DNA of 64,000 bases from Amoebophrya sp. A120. Its lineage: Eukaryota; Protista; Dinoflagellata. The stretch covers positions 496,001 to 560,000 of the forward strand of contig CAJINV010000009.1 of NCBI GenBank assembly GCA_905178155.1, written 5' to 3'. A program made the position numbers and the translations under genes. Numbering within the stretch: position 1 is the first letter of the stretch; each line of letters opens with the position of its first letter. Positions 11,519-24,746 of this stretch are shown here, piece by piece. The notes under the pieces were generated by a model. That model was not told where the DNA came from. It worked only from the letters and a program-made list of their open reading frames with translations, and did not search any database.

Positions 11519-14020
11519 GCCAAGTCTTCCGTGGACGTGCTCCGTGAACCAAGCGGAAGGACCAGAACTGTTGCCATAGTAAAGTTCTACTGCTATCATG
11601 ATGGAACTCTGCGACTATGTCAATGAAAATCGCGACCGAGAAGTGACGTTGTAGTGTTGTATTGGTCCTTGCTAGCAGAGGGGGCGCTGGAACGGTCACG
11701 TTGTATTGCAAGCATGCGAGGAAGTACAGTTTCTCTCTAATTTACATGACTAGTGAACTATGTTAGTAAGATCATCATGTTGATGCAGCTATTGTCATCC
11801 TCATCTTTGTTGCTTTTAGGCTAGGTAAGCATTGGCATTTCTCTGGTGCTGTAAAATTAAAATTCCACTTGGAACCTTTGAACATATATGTATGATGCGT
11901 TTTTTACTACTGTTTATCTTGCATTGCATTACCTATTGAGAACTGAAGCACCTCCCCAGCAGAATCCGTATTTTCCTCCCTTCAACAATGCGTCCAGATC
12001 ATTCCAGTCGTGATCTGTCGCACGAATAAAGGTCTTGGGATGAGAGGCCGCCCAGAGCAGTTTCCTTCGTGGAGTCCCATTTAGAAATCTAAGTAATTAA
12101 TTTGACGTTTATGATAGCACTCTCCGTACCGCCAAAATTAATTATGACTTCTTGACTACTCTTTTGCATGGAGCAGCCCTATAAATATGACGATAAACAT
12201 TATTTCTTCAATACACCACCACCAGCCTCCGCTTTCTTTATCCCAGGACCATCCGCAAGAAAGATCTTGCCATGCGCAAGAAACATGTTTTTCTTGTTAT
12301 CGATAAAACAGAAACACGGGTTTGAGCAGGACTTCGCTCCTCCTGTAGCTCCGAACAACAAGTAGCAAACATTTCATTCACAAAAAAAAAATATCAGTAG
12401 CTGTGACATGATAGGTACCTTGTCAACACGAGTTGGCTGGTCAGCCACCGATGAAGTACTGCTGCTGAAGAAGTGAAAAGCATTTTCTGGGAATGAAACA
12501 CTGTAAATGTTGAAACGCCCTGGGATGTTCCAACATTTCGAACATTTCGGAGATGCTCCAGAACATTTGGAGGATTGGGTAGTGCTTAATACTGGTTACC
12601 CCGAAGTTTACTTAACAAAGTACGTGACCGTCACCCCGAAACGAATGAAGGCGAAACAAAAAAGCCCCAGCGGCACTCAATGCATTTGGCTTAATATGGG
12701 TAGGCGTTTTTTTTTCAGCCCATCGATATCAGTGTTCGAAATTGTGTCAGTGAGATATTGTTTTGAACGAGACAGAGAGATAAGTCTCATATTCTGCTTC
12801 CTCATTCTCGTTTGTTGGTCATTGGTTCGCCACAACATGCTTGTGCAGAAAGGAGATCGGATGGCCCCCTGTGATTGACCCCGCACCTTGCGACGTTCCA
12901 TGGGAGATTCGTTCTTGTTGATAAGTACCTATGCCTTTTCGTTCCGTCTAAATGTCCTCAATGTAGACTCCTCATCTTGCCTGAGAGTCTCGCACTACAC
13001 GCAGATACTGTATGTACTTAAACTGTAAGTGTAAGCCTGCTTAGAAAAATTGACCATCATGGATGTTGCAAATTCTGGAGCCCTTCTCGCGATCCCGATC
13101 CACCTCCAATCGCTCCCAGTTGTAAGAATGTTTTCTTTTGGTAAAAGTGTGTTGGTGTCGGAGCTGGTACTAGACAGTATCTGCCTTGGCGATGTGGTTC
13201 TCTGTGGATGATCTTCCTGGTAGATCCAGCACCATCTCCCTGTTTGTTTCCGCAAAGATCAAATTGTTGTAGTGATTTCAGCATCTTCATCACGCATCGT
13301 TGTTTAAGTATTTTTACTACTTTTCGTTTCGCGAAAAAGGAACAATCCTTTCGATCTGCAGTTCACAGGTAGTGGTGCAGAGGTTCGGCTTAAGATGAAC
13401 AGCAACGAAGCATCGATCCCGGCAGCAGAGTTTCAGTTTTGCAGTGCGCTCTTTTTGTTCTCAATCTATCAACAGGATGCCTGATTTTCCATCTCGTTAT
13501 TGATGGAGGTTGAAGGTTTAACCACATTGCGGACAAAAGCACATTCAAAAACAACTTCGCTTTCCGAGGGGGCATTGAAGTGGAAGAATCTTACCAATGC
13601 GGCCCCTTGTCTGTTTAAGTATCTTCGATGTGGCACAACAAGAAGAGAATACTACATGTACTACATGAACCATTCATGATCGGTCTGCCTTATCGCCAGC
13701 TGCGTCCTACTGTTGCTAAATGATAGTGATAGGAACTACATAAGTAACTGAACATCACAGTGAACACACAAATGTTTTTCGCAGCAGGACGAGGTTGTTA
13801 TATTTCTATTCGCGGAGGAAGGTCAACAAGAAGAAACATAGAACGCACCAGCCGTGTGCTTGTTCGTTCTTGTATGCTCCTAGGAGGAGCAGATGAACAT
13901 GGTCCGCAACCAACACTCCCTCGTTTTTAAAAATACTTTATGTTTAAGTATGTGATTTTTGAAAACCCACTATGGATCGCTTCACAGTATCAGTAGTAAG
14001 AGTATCACTCTGAAACTGAA

Positions 14021-17000
14021 ATGAAGAAAATGGCCGAGGACACAGCTTCGAAGGAGTTCCGGAAGGGTGTCGAGGAACGAACACCAGGCGCATCTGGTTG
14101 GTCGAACGAAAGTGCGAGCAAGACTCATGGGTCAACCACAACATATGACTACGATCCATGGTGGTCGTCCTCGGGCCCAGCAAGGTCAGTTGAAAAAAAT
14201 CCTTCTCAGCCACTGCAACCTCAGGATCGCAAGGGCTATGATGTTGCGGATGCGCGAAGCCGGGGCGGCTCAGATGAGCGCCACTATAATTCTGGCAGTA
14301 CAAAAGCGGACTGGTCTACCAGTAGTACCTCTTGGTGGGGGTGCAACACGGAAAACGGAAACGAAGAAGAGGGTCGCTATGATTGGGGTTCTTGGTGGTC
14401 TTCATCTGCTAGCCACACCTGGTGGGACGAAAAGAAAACAAACCCTGATTACTCGTCGCACTCGAAAAAGGTAGGTGGAGCTGTCCCTGCCTGGTCTGCG
14501 TCTGCGTGGTCAGAATCAGAGAACCATAACTGGGAGCTGGCGAGAGGCGCAAACGGAGAGACTTATCGAGACGACAAGGACAACCGCTCCTGGGGGAAAG
14601 CGCAAGGTGACGAAGATGAGGTTGATGCAAAGTGGAATGCCGGCACGGGAACTGCTTCTTCATCTTCCTCTGCTCGTGACTGGTATTGGAAGGGAAATGG
14701 GATAAGCAGTACTACGCACGAAAAGGGTCATGATGAAACTAGAAGCAACACGATAATGAACGATCACCCTACCCTTGAAACGGATGTCGATGTCGTCGAT
14801 GAGGCGCTGTCCTCAACCTGTTGGTGGGCAGACAAAGGGTCTGCATCTGCGCAAGAGGAGGACTGCCCGCAGGGACGTTCGAAAGACACTTCATTTTCTA
14901 ATGCAAGAGACGGAGGCTCGTGGTCGAAGACGAAACCAGTTTCAGCGAGCCCTGAGAGTGTGAAGTCATCAGCCCAAAGCCAAACTCGGAGGGAATATGA
15001 AGATACGGAACGTCAGTGCACGACGGGAAATGTTGGAACAAGCGAACGGGGTGAGCGTCCACCTTCTGCAAGTTGTGCAACTCGTATCAGCAGGCCCCAG
15101 AATCGCAAAGGTAAGCAGGAAAACAGAGCACCACATGATCAATTTTCGGAGACGCACTCCGGGCAGTCAGACAGTCGTGGTCGTGGAACGCATTTCAATA
15201 GAATAGAATCCGAAGCGAAAGGTGTTGTGGATCTGTCGACGAGGGAAGGGCAAAAACGTTGCGGCTTTTCGGAAACTGAGAGTGATAGTGAAAACGCTTA
15301 TTCGGCGCCACTGAAGAACATTGCTGGTAATGTTTCATACTGCTTCCTTTGCTGTACAACTAAAAGAGCTATGCGCTTGCTGTCAGCCGCAGGCACAGCG
15401 AATGCAAGGATGATCATGCTGCACAGAGATAGTGCACTAAAGAGTCGGATCTTTACAGCTGAAGTCCATAGTACATATCTTCCCGGAGGAATTCCATTTC
15501 CAGTGGTGAGGATGTCGCTCACATGGGATTGGGTCATAGCTTTGCGGCATGATATACTCGCACGATATGCAAACGTTGTATAAAATACAGGAGTAAGAAG
15601 GCGTCGCTCTTGCAACCGAAGCGGCAAACCAGAAGCCAACATGGAGAGCCACATGGGACGAGAAGGAGCCAGTGTCGATGCAAGCCGGGGCTTCGGATTC
15701 ATTCGGAAACGAGAGAGAGGTGAATTAGAAGGGAAAGCACGAGCTTGTTCTTGATGTCTGTGCAACAAGTCCGATGAGTTTTTATTTCATCGTTGAAGTT
15801 CTTGTAGAACACGTGGTCAATAAACATATGCGTATATTAGAAGTCCCCCTTTCATACCCTTGCCAACAGGTTCGCGACGCCGTCTCAATGGCCGGGGAAG
15901 GCGTTGCCGAGGAGTGTCCTCAACATCGTCTTTCTCCTCATCCTTGTCAAGCGGGACAACTAGTACTAGTAGCAGTGCGCCCTCGTCGGCAAGACGAAGA
16001 GCAGATGAGTCGTCCGAAGATAGTAGCTCTGATGAACAAGGCGAAGCGGTAGGACAGAAGCCGCGTGGACACGACCGCGACCGCGATGTTCCTCCGCGCC
16101 GTAGAGCGATGAAAGACCGCTTCCGCCTCGACCAGGAAAGGAGAGAAATTTCCGCAATGCTGGATGATTTCGACGAGTACTGCAGCCGAAAGAGCGAAAA
16201 AACGATAAGAAAGTCACATCAAGGTCGAAAAGGGAAGATGGTGCCTCCACCTGCAGCCACAGCGGATCATAACCTTAAGAGCCGGCGAGGAAAAGATAAA
16301 GAGGCTGGTGAAAAGATGTTTGTGGAGACGACAAAAAATACCTCCGGCGACGGGCGGCGAGTCGATGCAAACGGGGAAGAAGAAAAAAGGACGTCGTACC
16401 TTGCAACGCGTTCATCTGCATCTGCTTGCTCGCGACCCTCTGTTGCGTCAAAAAATATGAACAGTCCTCTAAGCTCCAGCACTTCAAGCTCCGCGACACT
16501 TCAATCTCGAAGAAGGAGCCGGAAGGAAAATTCTGGGAGCGTGGCTGCTCCGGTGCGCAAGCAATCCCAGCGTCGAGCTCGGGCGGTATCGACGTCGTCT
16601 TCATCCTCGTCGCCATCTTCTGACGGAAGAGCCTCGGCATCGATATACAACACAAAGGAGCTGCAACATAAATCCAAAAGCAAGCGTCATCTTCCTCGTC
16701 CAGAGGTGGCTGCAAGGACAGGAGACGCAACCCGGAAAGTTAGGTTTTGTTCGAAGCCGGTTGAAGAGATTCCGAATTTCTATGCAAGCAGTAGTGGAGG
16801 TTCCGATTCTTCTTCAAGTACATCAAGTTCCAGTTCTTCGTCCATGAGTTCCTCTAGCCCCTCGTCCTCTGACAGGGAGGCTGAGGAGGAAATGCCGCGG
16901 CAAAGTTCGGTGGCTGGTGTCGACGACCATGATGGAGCAGATGGGGGAGAGTCAATCCGCGGCTCAGAGGACAAGAGGGCACCGTATTGTTCGCCTTCGA

Positions 17001-20000
17001 CCTCATCCCTTCCTGGACACGAAAACTTAAAAACGCAGGTAATTGATGACACACCTCCGCCTCCCGCAGCCAGAGGTGCCAACTCCCCTTCTCCCTCTTG
17101 TCACGATGTCGTGGAGAGAACAAGTGCCACCGGAGTCCCGGACGCACAGCCTTTCGCAGGAGGTTCATGTATCGTGATGTTGGAACAACAGCAATGCCAG
17201 GACCAAGACAGCTGCGGCTTCCGCGTTGATTGCGCTACACGACAACCGGCGTACGTGAACGTCGAGGAGGAACGAAGTGCTGCAAAAGTTGCTATTAGAG
17301 TAGAGTGTTCTTCCTTGTTATCGCAGCACGAATCCGAAGTGGATGATGTCGGTTCACGTTGCGAGGCAGATGCTGCAGCTGCGCGCAGCTCCTCGTACAG
17401 CAGTTCCAGCGAAGAAACGTCCGACCAAGACGATCCGCCCGGCCGCGACTGCAGTCTCGAGGGAGGAAAGAAAGGCGATGCTCTTCTGTGTTCGAGCCGC
17501 GACATCCAGATTGCGTTCGAGCAGGGACGCTTTGAGGAAGCCTTCCTGGAGCAGAATGCGGGCGATCCTGCCACCAGCAGTCCGGAAAATGGCGCAGATC
17601 ACTTGATGTTGGAACGCAGCGGCAATGGAGAGGTCTCGTCTTCGTCTTCTTCTGAGGACGATGATGTTCCTGCTAGTCCTGGTTGCACCAGTGGCAGAAA
17701 CAAACATAGCGACCGTTGGCCGCGCAACGCGCAGCAAAAATTGGACCGGTTGATCCGATATCTGATCAAAAAAAGCGCTCGGAGCATTGTCAACGGCATG
17801 CTTGCGCTCTCGGCCCTGTGTGGGGACGACGAATTCAAAGCCTTGAAGGAAAGGTACGGCAATCCGAGGGCGGGAATCTCTGCACTTCTGAAAGACTGCG
17901 CGGACAAGTATGAGTTGACGCTGGACAGCAGTAACCAGACCTACATATGCCTGGTCGAGGACGCACAAGCGTCAAACACTTGCACGGGTCGCAGCCGTCC
18001 CATCGAGAAGACAGTTGCGAAGAATCTAAACAGTCAAGCGGGGGCTGGAATTGTGGGTGCGAGCCATGAAGATCGAGAAGCCAGCGCGAATCATGCACCA
18101 CAACTAGCGCCAATGTCTCACTCTGAAGACCAGTTTCAGGACCCTGCAGTGCAAGGCGCCATCATATTAGAACCGGCTGCGGACGATGCGCCCACAGCGC
18201 AAACCACGGGTATTGCCAATGCAGAACAGGCGGCTTCCGCGTCCGCTTTACTGGCTTCGCCTGTGTCAGTTGCCACAGCAATCTGCGGCGCCACTTTTTC
18301 GTCCTTCTCCCCCGAAACACTCGCATCTCCTCCCACTGACGCTGCACATCGGAGCGCAGGAAATGCGGCCACTGCGACTTTTTCGGCACAGGAGGCCACA
18401 CAACAGCAACAGGACGGAAGTGGACGACGACGAGGCGTGTCGTCTGACAACTGGCCTTCGGCTCCGGCTCCTTCTTCGTGGCACAACAGCGCTCAGTGGG
18501 ACTGGGAAAGTCGTGATTTTCAAGAAATTGATGCAGCGACAACTGAGACTGATCCTGCCGGACAAACGGATGGCTGCAGCTCAAGCTCAACACGATGGCA
18601 GAGCGATAGCCAGCAGCAGCGGCCGGCAAATGACAATAATACTTCAGGAGGCGAGCACCTCCGCGCTTCCGCATCTACTTCTTGGGGACAGCCGGGCGCC
18701 AACAGTGACTGGCAGTGGAATGACGACTGTAAGCGTCAGTACGGTGATTGGAGTTCTACTTACGAGCCGTGTTCATCTTCCAGTAAAACTACAACTGCAG
18801 TGGAACCTTCGGGCGATCCTGAAACTCAGCAGGACCCCTCTTTTTCTAATAGTGCTGGTGCGTGGCAGGGCTCCTGGGCAGCTGGAAACGACAGCTGGTA
18901 CAACTACGGCGCGGAAGCCTCATCTTCCTCCTCAAGTGGCCACTTGATGTGGAACAATCCGAGCTGGGCGAACTATGAGCATGCAAGCGAAATACAACAC
19001 GATGAAAACGACCGGCACCTTCATAATTTGGAAAGCAACTACAGCGCTGGAGGACATCGACAGCAGGCAATGGGAATGGCTGCTAACGATCTGAATTCTT
19101 CAGCAGCTGCCGCTCCTGTCGGATTTCATTATCAACATGTCGGGGGAGAAGTAGACCAGCCTGCTGCTATTCCTGAGGACGCCGGATCCGAGGCGACGGA
19201 ATCGACGCACTCGTGCGGAAATGACAACGCCCTTGGTGACGACGAGTTCTTGGACGAAGTTGCCAACGATAATGAAAACGAACAGAGCGGTCGCCCCGGT
19301 GGCGCTCCCTCCCTTGTTGAGAAGCACGCAACGACAACGACAACAGCAGCAGGCTCAAGTGCTGACCACCAGAAAGCAGAGTCAGCTAATATGTCTGCTG
19401 GGATTGGAGCGGCTTGGATGCGCACACCTAACCCTTGGAGCATGCACGACGCAGATGAAGATCGCAAACAGGAGCGCAGCAGACACTGCGACGATTTGTT
19501 CGTGCAGGATGTTGACGCGGATCCAGGAGCAGCTGGGACATTTGCGATCCAAAGCTTTATCGACGGAGATAGAGACAACAAGGTCCGCTGTGAAGGAGGG
19601 GACGTTGGCATCACGTATGACGAATATGAGGAATGGCGTGCACTGGTAAAGCGGGACATGGATCTGCAGGCTGACGGCAGCACCGTGCCTTTTCGATACA
19701 GGAAGTATAGTGTGACTTGCTACCCCAACGGAAATCGAGAAAGTCAAAACTCACTTGTGGCGTGTGGTCGTAGGGATAAGGTGGTTGTCGAACAAGAGAC
19801 AGGGCAGCGCGGGGATGCGGCCGGCAGCTGCAGGACAGACCACCAAGATATCGAGGGCCAGATAAAGATGAATCTGCCTGCTCAAACAGCGCCAACAACT
19901 GAGGGCGCGGCATCTTCAAGGAAAGCAACAGCCTCTGTCACACCCCTCAGCGCTGAAGCTCACGAGGCTATTCGGCAGGCGAAACAGACCGCGAACACCT

Positions 20001-23000
20001 CCCAATCTCTCCACCCTCTGTTTGGAGACAAACGTCCGATCCAAGCTCCGTTCTCGACATTCGAGCACTCGCTCGGAATCGGGGGCGAAAGAGCTGGTCT
20101 GGAGCTGGACCAAATTTTCCACGACAGGTGGATTTTCGGCAATGGAGCTGAAAGTGAGTTCTGGTCAAGAGAGTTGCTGCATGTCGACGAAACGACACAA
20201 GACATGTTTTCGCTTCGCGACAGGCACCAGGGTGATTGTCATCTCCCCGGGGGTGGAAGCTCTAGTGCTACTGCCTTTCCGGCGGGACCAAAGCAGATTG
20301 AAGATAGCGCGGATGATCTTCACAAGAGACGTGAAGGAATGCTCTCAACATCTTCTCCAGTAGTTTACCGCTTTGGAGGGCAGAACTGCAGACAGTCATC
20401 GTACGAAACTACCGAGGACGGGAACCGAACCGCTGGCGTGAGTATGACCGTGAGCGACACCGCAGCAGGCCACTGTTCATCTCTCGGTGCTCCAAAAACC
20501 GTAGGCGACCATCTGCAGTTTTCATCTGCAACCGAGGATGGTGAAGGCGACGTTGCGGTGGAAACGGAAGAGAACGGCAATGGAAGTGTCTGGGAGTATG
20601 ATAGGAGCGCAGAGAGGGTCTTTCTCAGTACCAACGCTGCCTACTGGACCGAAGACTTTCAGATGCATGGTTTTGCGTTCAACAAAGTGGAGTACACACT
20701 GCACAGTGAGGTGGAATGCTTCACGATCCCCATCACATTCGGCAGCTATTTGAGTCACCTGAAGACGGGACGCCACAGCACCACCACCAGCAGAGTGATT
20801 TACAACGACAATTATCTACGAGCGTTTGGTGGGGGAGGCAGCTACGCGTCTTCATGGCAGCGCAGCGCTGAGGGGTCAGGAATAGGCAGCGCTGCAGCAC
20901 ATCAACATAGTGGTCATAGAGGATCTTCTGATGGTGAATTATATCGGAACGCCGGCTCGTCCCCGACAGCGACAACCTTGCTCACGCGACACAGTCTGCA
21001 CTACCTCGGCATTCATTCCGAGGAAGAGGAGGTGCCACCCGAACAGCAAGAGGCATACTACAGCCGCCTGGACCGGTACATTGCAACCTTGCAGCCGATC
21101 GCTCTGGGGGACGTGGACTTTGCCGGTGTTACGGAGCACCAGCTCAGCGCTTACGACTCTATGCGCGACTGGGAGCACCGCATGGCGAAGGCGCAACTTC
21201 ACAATACCTGCAGAGTTACCGTCACACGCGGGTGGGATCTACAGCTCAGCGCCCAGCAAAGCGCGAAGATCAACAGTCGCGCGCAAACATTTTCTGCTGC
21301 GGATGGGTCAGGCTCAGGAGCTGCTGGTCCGAGATCGTCAGCATGCAGTGGTGGAACACGAGACGACTATCTACGACTTGGAGAGTTGGACCACCAGAAC
21401 AAAACTTCGTTCGTTCTGCGCGTCATGGACGGTGTCAAGGATGTAGTTGCGACGAGTACAACTAACTCTAACTCAGATGTAGCAGCAGCAAGAACTTTTT
21501 GTCAGCAGGGCGCAACCGGCGCTTTCGTTTATTTAGCCAGTGACGATCTGTATGAGTCCAGCGATGGAAAAATCGGGGCTCCCTTTGATGACGACGACCT
21601 GACGTTATTTTCATCTGTGCCGAGCCTGTCTCCCACCGAGACAAAACAGGGAAAAACTTTCTCCGCACAAGTGCCACACACTGCCTGCAAGATTTTTGAC
21701 AAGCACCAGAAGAATCGTTACTTTCGCGAGTACGGGTTTTTGTCGAAGTACGGGGAATATGGCGCACTCACGGAGAAGCGCCGGCAGAACGAAATCGTGA
21801 AAGATCTCGTCTGCACTACGGTCCGCTACGTCGCGAGAAGAACAAACGGAGACGTACTAGGATGCCAGGATCCGAAATGTGATTCCTCTAGTTTGGCGTC
21901 TCCGTCTGCAGGACCAGGACCTCAAAAGCCACAGAAAAATCCTTCTCAGGCGGCCGCGTCGATGAAACTCTCAACTGCTCCAGAAAATCCTGATGGAGCA
22001 GCGACAGATGCTAGGAAAACAAGTGGCACCAAAAGTTCTCACCAAAATCCTGTGCCTTGGAAGCCGATGTTTGTTGGCAGCAACGACGCCCTAATGAAGC
22101 TGTTCGAGTGCTACATTCTGGACAAACCGATCAAAAATCTGTGTGCGGCCCTGGTAGACAAACAAATCCGCCTCTGGCTGGTGCCGGATGAAACCTTCGA
22201 CGAAATGAATCTCCGGCACTGCACAGACCTGTTTCCCTTCGGGCGTGCGGCTGTGAGAAACAAGGACATGATTAACAGCACGTGGGTGGCCCAGAAAAAC
22301 GTGATTGAAGCGATGGGGCGGGCGGAGTCCCTGCTCGATCTGGAATCTCCAGTGAACGTGCACGACAACAAAGCTTGTTTGTCTTTCAACTTCAAGCTAG
22401 GTACCATGGCTTCTAATGGCCTTACTTCTTCAGAACTGAACCGCGTTTGTCCTTCGTAGAGTTCCCGTTCGCCCACGTGCAGTAGTGTAGCAAGATCGTG
22501 CCCATGATTATCAGCTCCATTATTGTTCTGGTTTCTCTTTCTGTTTTATTTGTGAAGCAAGAGCTGGCTCCGGCTGTGCGTCTCGTGACACAATCGTCTC
22601 AATCATGCGTCTAGTCGATTCATCAAAAACGCAGGGCACGCCGAGCACCTATTTTGGAGCACTGGACAAGTGGACTTTGTCCGGGAAAAACAAGCAGACA
22701 ACAGTGCGAGTCGGAATCTTGATCAAACGTCAGCGACAGCACAGACAAGCGTTACCTCATCGCTTTACGGTAAATTCAAATGCACGACATCCACAGTGCG
22801 CGATTCAAAGCGGAAGAAGGGAAAAGGAAAGAATGGCAAGACGGGAAATAGAAAGCAAGGGTCGTCGTATAAGTGGGTGTGGGATGCAAGTGGGAACTGG
22901 TTCAAGCAGTACGATAGTCCTCACTATCAGGCAGAAGCTCCTCGCGGCCATGTAGTTGTAGAAGAAGATGCACCAGCAGGCGTGGAAGATAAGAGGCCAC

Positions 23001-23595
23001 AGTTCCACTTCGACGGATGTCACGACACTGAGGGGAACGAGACGGAGTTTCCCATGAAGTGGCACAAAGTCTTTGAGCTCTACATGAACATGATCGTCCA
23101 TGGGTCAGATCGGTTTCTTGTGGTTATCCGCGATCATGTAATTTTTTGCTGCATGTCGTGCTGCTGAGCTGCCAACTGAGGTTTTTGATATACTCGTTTT
23201 GTTGTATACCAATCTTCTACTGAGTTTAGCCTTCAGCTCCGCTCTTTCTTTCGACAATTACGAACATCACTGACATTTGACAGGCAACCGGTAAACTACG
23301 CGGCACACGCGCCATCGACAAGCACGGCGCGGATTGGTGGCAAGGTGCGGACTGTATTGAGGCCGAGCTGACCAAAAGTCTCCTGATGTTGGAGTGCTGG
23401 TTGGACCAATTCTTACCCAGGCTCACGCACGAGTGCGTAAAACGAGCAGGCAAGGGGGTCAAGATGGTAACGGAGGGCGGTCGGTCGGTGGAATTCGTGG
23501 ACTGCACAGAGGCCGAAGCGGAGTTCGGGGGGCGGTATTGCCCTGTCTTCACCCAGCGGAGGGTCTGCAGTTGGAAGGACGCTCCACCGCATTAA
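14021..23595 (+). CDS. Giant (~2900 aa) Ser/Trp-rich low-complexity protein with possible LOTUS/OST-HTH-like and kinase-like segments; exons 14021-15326, 15591-15719, 15870-22400, 22635-23137, 23284-23595
   Basis: ORFs 14021, 15860, 22670 and 23386 join in frame through GT-AG introns 15327-15590, 15720-15869, 22401-22634 and (less certain) 23138-23283; total 8781 nt, divisible by 3. Confidence 0.7.
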
Positions 23596-24746
23596 AAGTA
23601 GATCATCATCTCAAAATGAAAATCTGATATGAGTGATTCTTCCTCTGAAGACGACGTCAGAACGCGCAAGCAGCTACTGCCTTGTTGATCACAGTGATGC
23701 GGACGGTTGGGCTTGCGATCAACAGCAAGGTTTGATGGTTCATAGCAGTTCAGGCACACTGCAGCTCGTATACCTTACTCAAATCTAAAGAAAAAGAGGA
23801 AGAACAGCCAAATCAAGTACAAAAGATGGCTGCTGCACTGCATGTGTACCAGCGCGCGATGTTTCATATTATCGAGTAGACTATTAGTATTAGATGAGAC
23901 AAACACAAAAACTCGGAGCGACGCGACTCTACTCATCGCTTGAAACCCTATTCGCCTATTTTCGAAACTCGAACATTAAAAGCAAAACCCATTCACATTC
24001 ACACACGAAGTCATAGTACGTCACCACATCTTCAGAAGATTCATATCTTTTGCTGAGCGCGCGTGGCACAGCATGCAACTACCAAGCGAAAGCTGGTGGA
24101 GGACTTGGGCTTATTTACGTTAATTACCGGCCCCTCGAGAAATAAAAATTGAAATTGTCGAGATCGAGAACTACTTTCTTACTAGTCTGAAGTGGATCCT
24201 AACAAAAGTATAAAATCCCATATCCACATGCGAAGATCTTTCCGCAGTCGGTCGATCCTCCGTGTGTGTATATTGAAATTGTCACCGATCGCAAAATGAT
24301 GCAAATCAAAATGTGAGATGCATTCCAAGGGAAAAGAACAAAAATTGAAATATGCCCCTGGCCCTGCTCCGGTTCCCAAGAAATGATCCGTTGGAAATAA
24401 ATAAATCCTTTGACGACAAACAAGATCCAAAAAGAGCACAACTGACTTGGCAGCTACAGTATTGGGGTGTTGGTCATGATAGATATTATGTATGAATCAT
24501 TTTTCTATTCATTCTGCGTCACAACGTTCGTATCAGCGAAACATACAACGAACGTCGAGCACTGTACTACTTAAATGTACAAGAAACATAGAAAGACTAT
24601 AGATACGTAGAAGTTTTATTTCATTTTAGGGACTGACATCAAACTCAATACATCTCATCTCTCTCTTGTTCGTGATTTAACTACATTCTCCAATTCTATT
24701 CTCGTTTTACGACCACTCTGCTCTAAAGTTTTCAAGAAGTGTAAGT

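Noticed and set aside
12298-12728. TATCGAT...ATCGATA pair resembling introner ends
   Set aside because: Only a 7-bp inverted repeat, no TSD and no host ORF.
13390-13575. IRHPVDR resembling a sulfotransferase motif on the minus strand
   Set aside because: Isolated in a 61-aa ORF with no other supporting motif.
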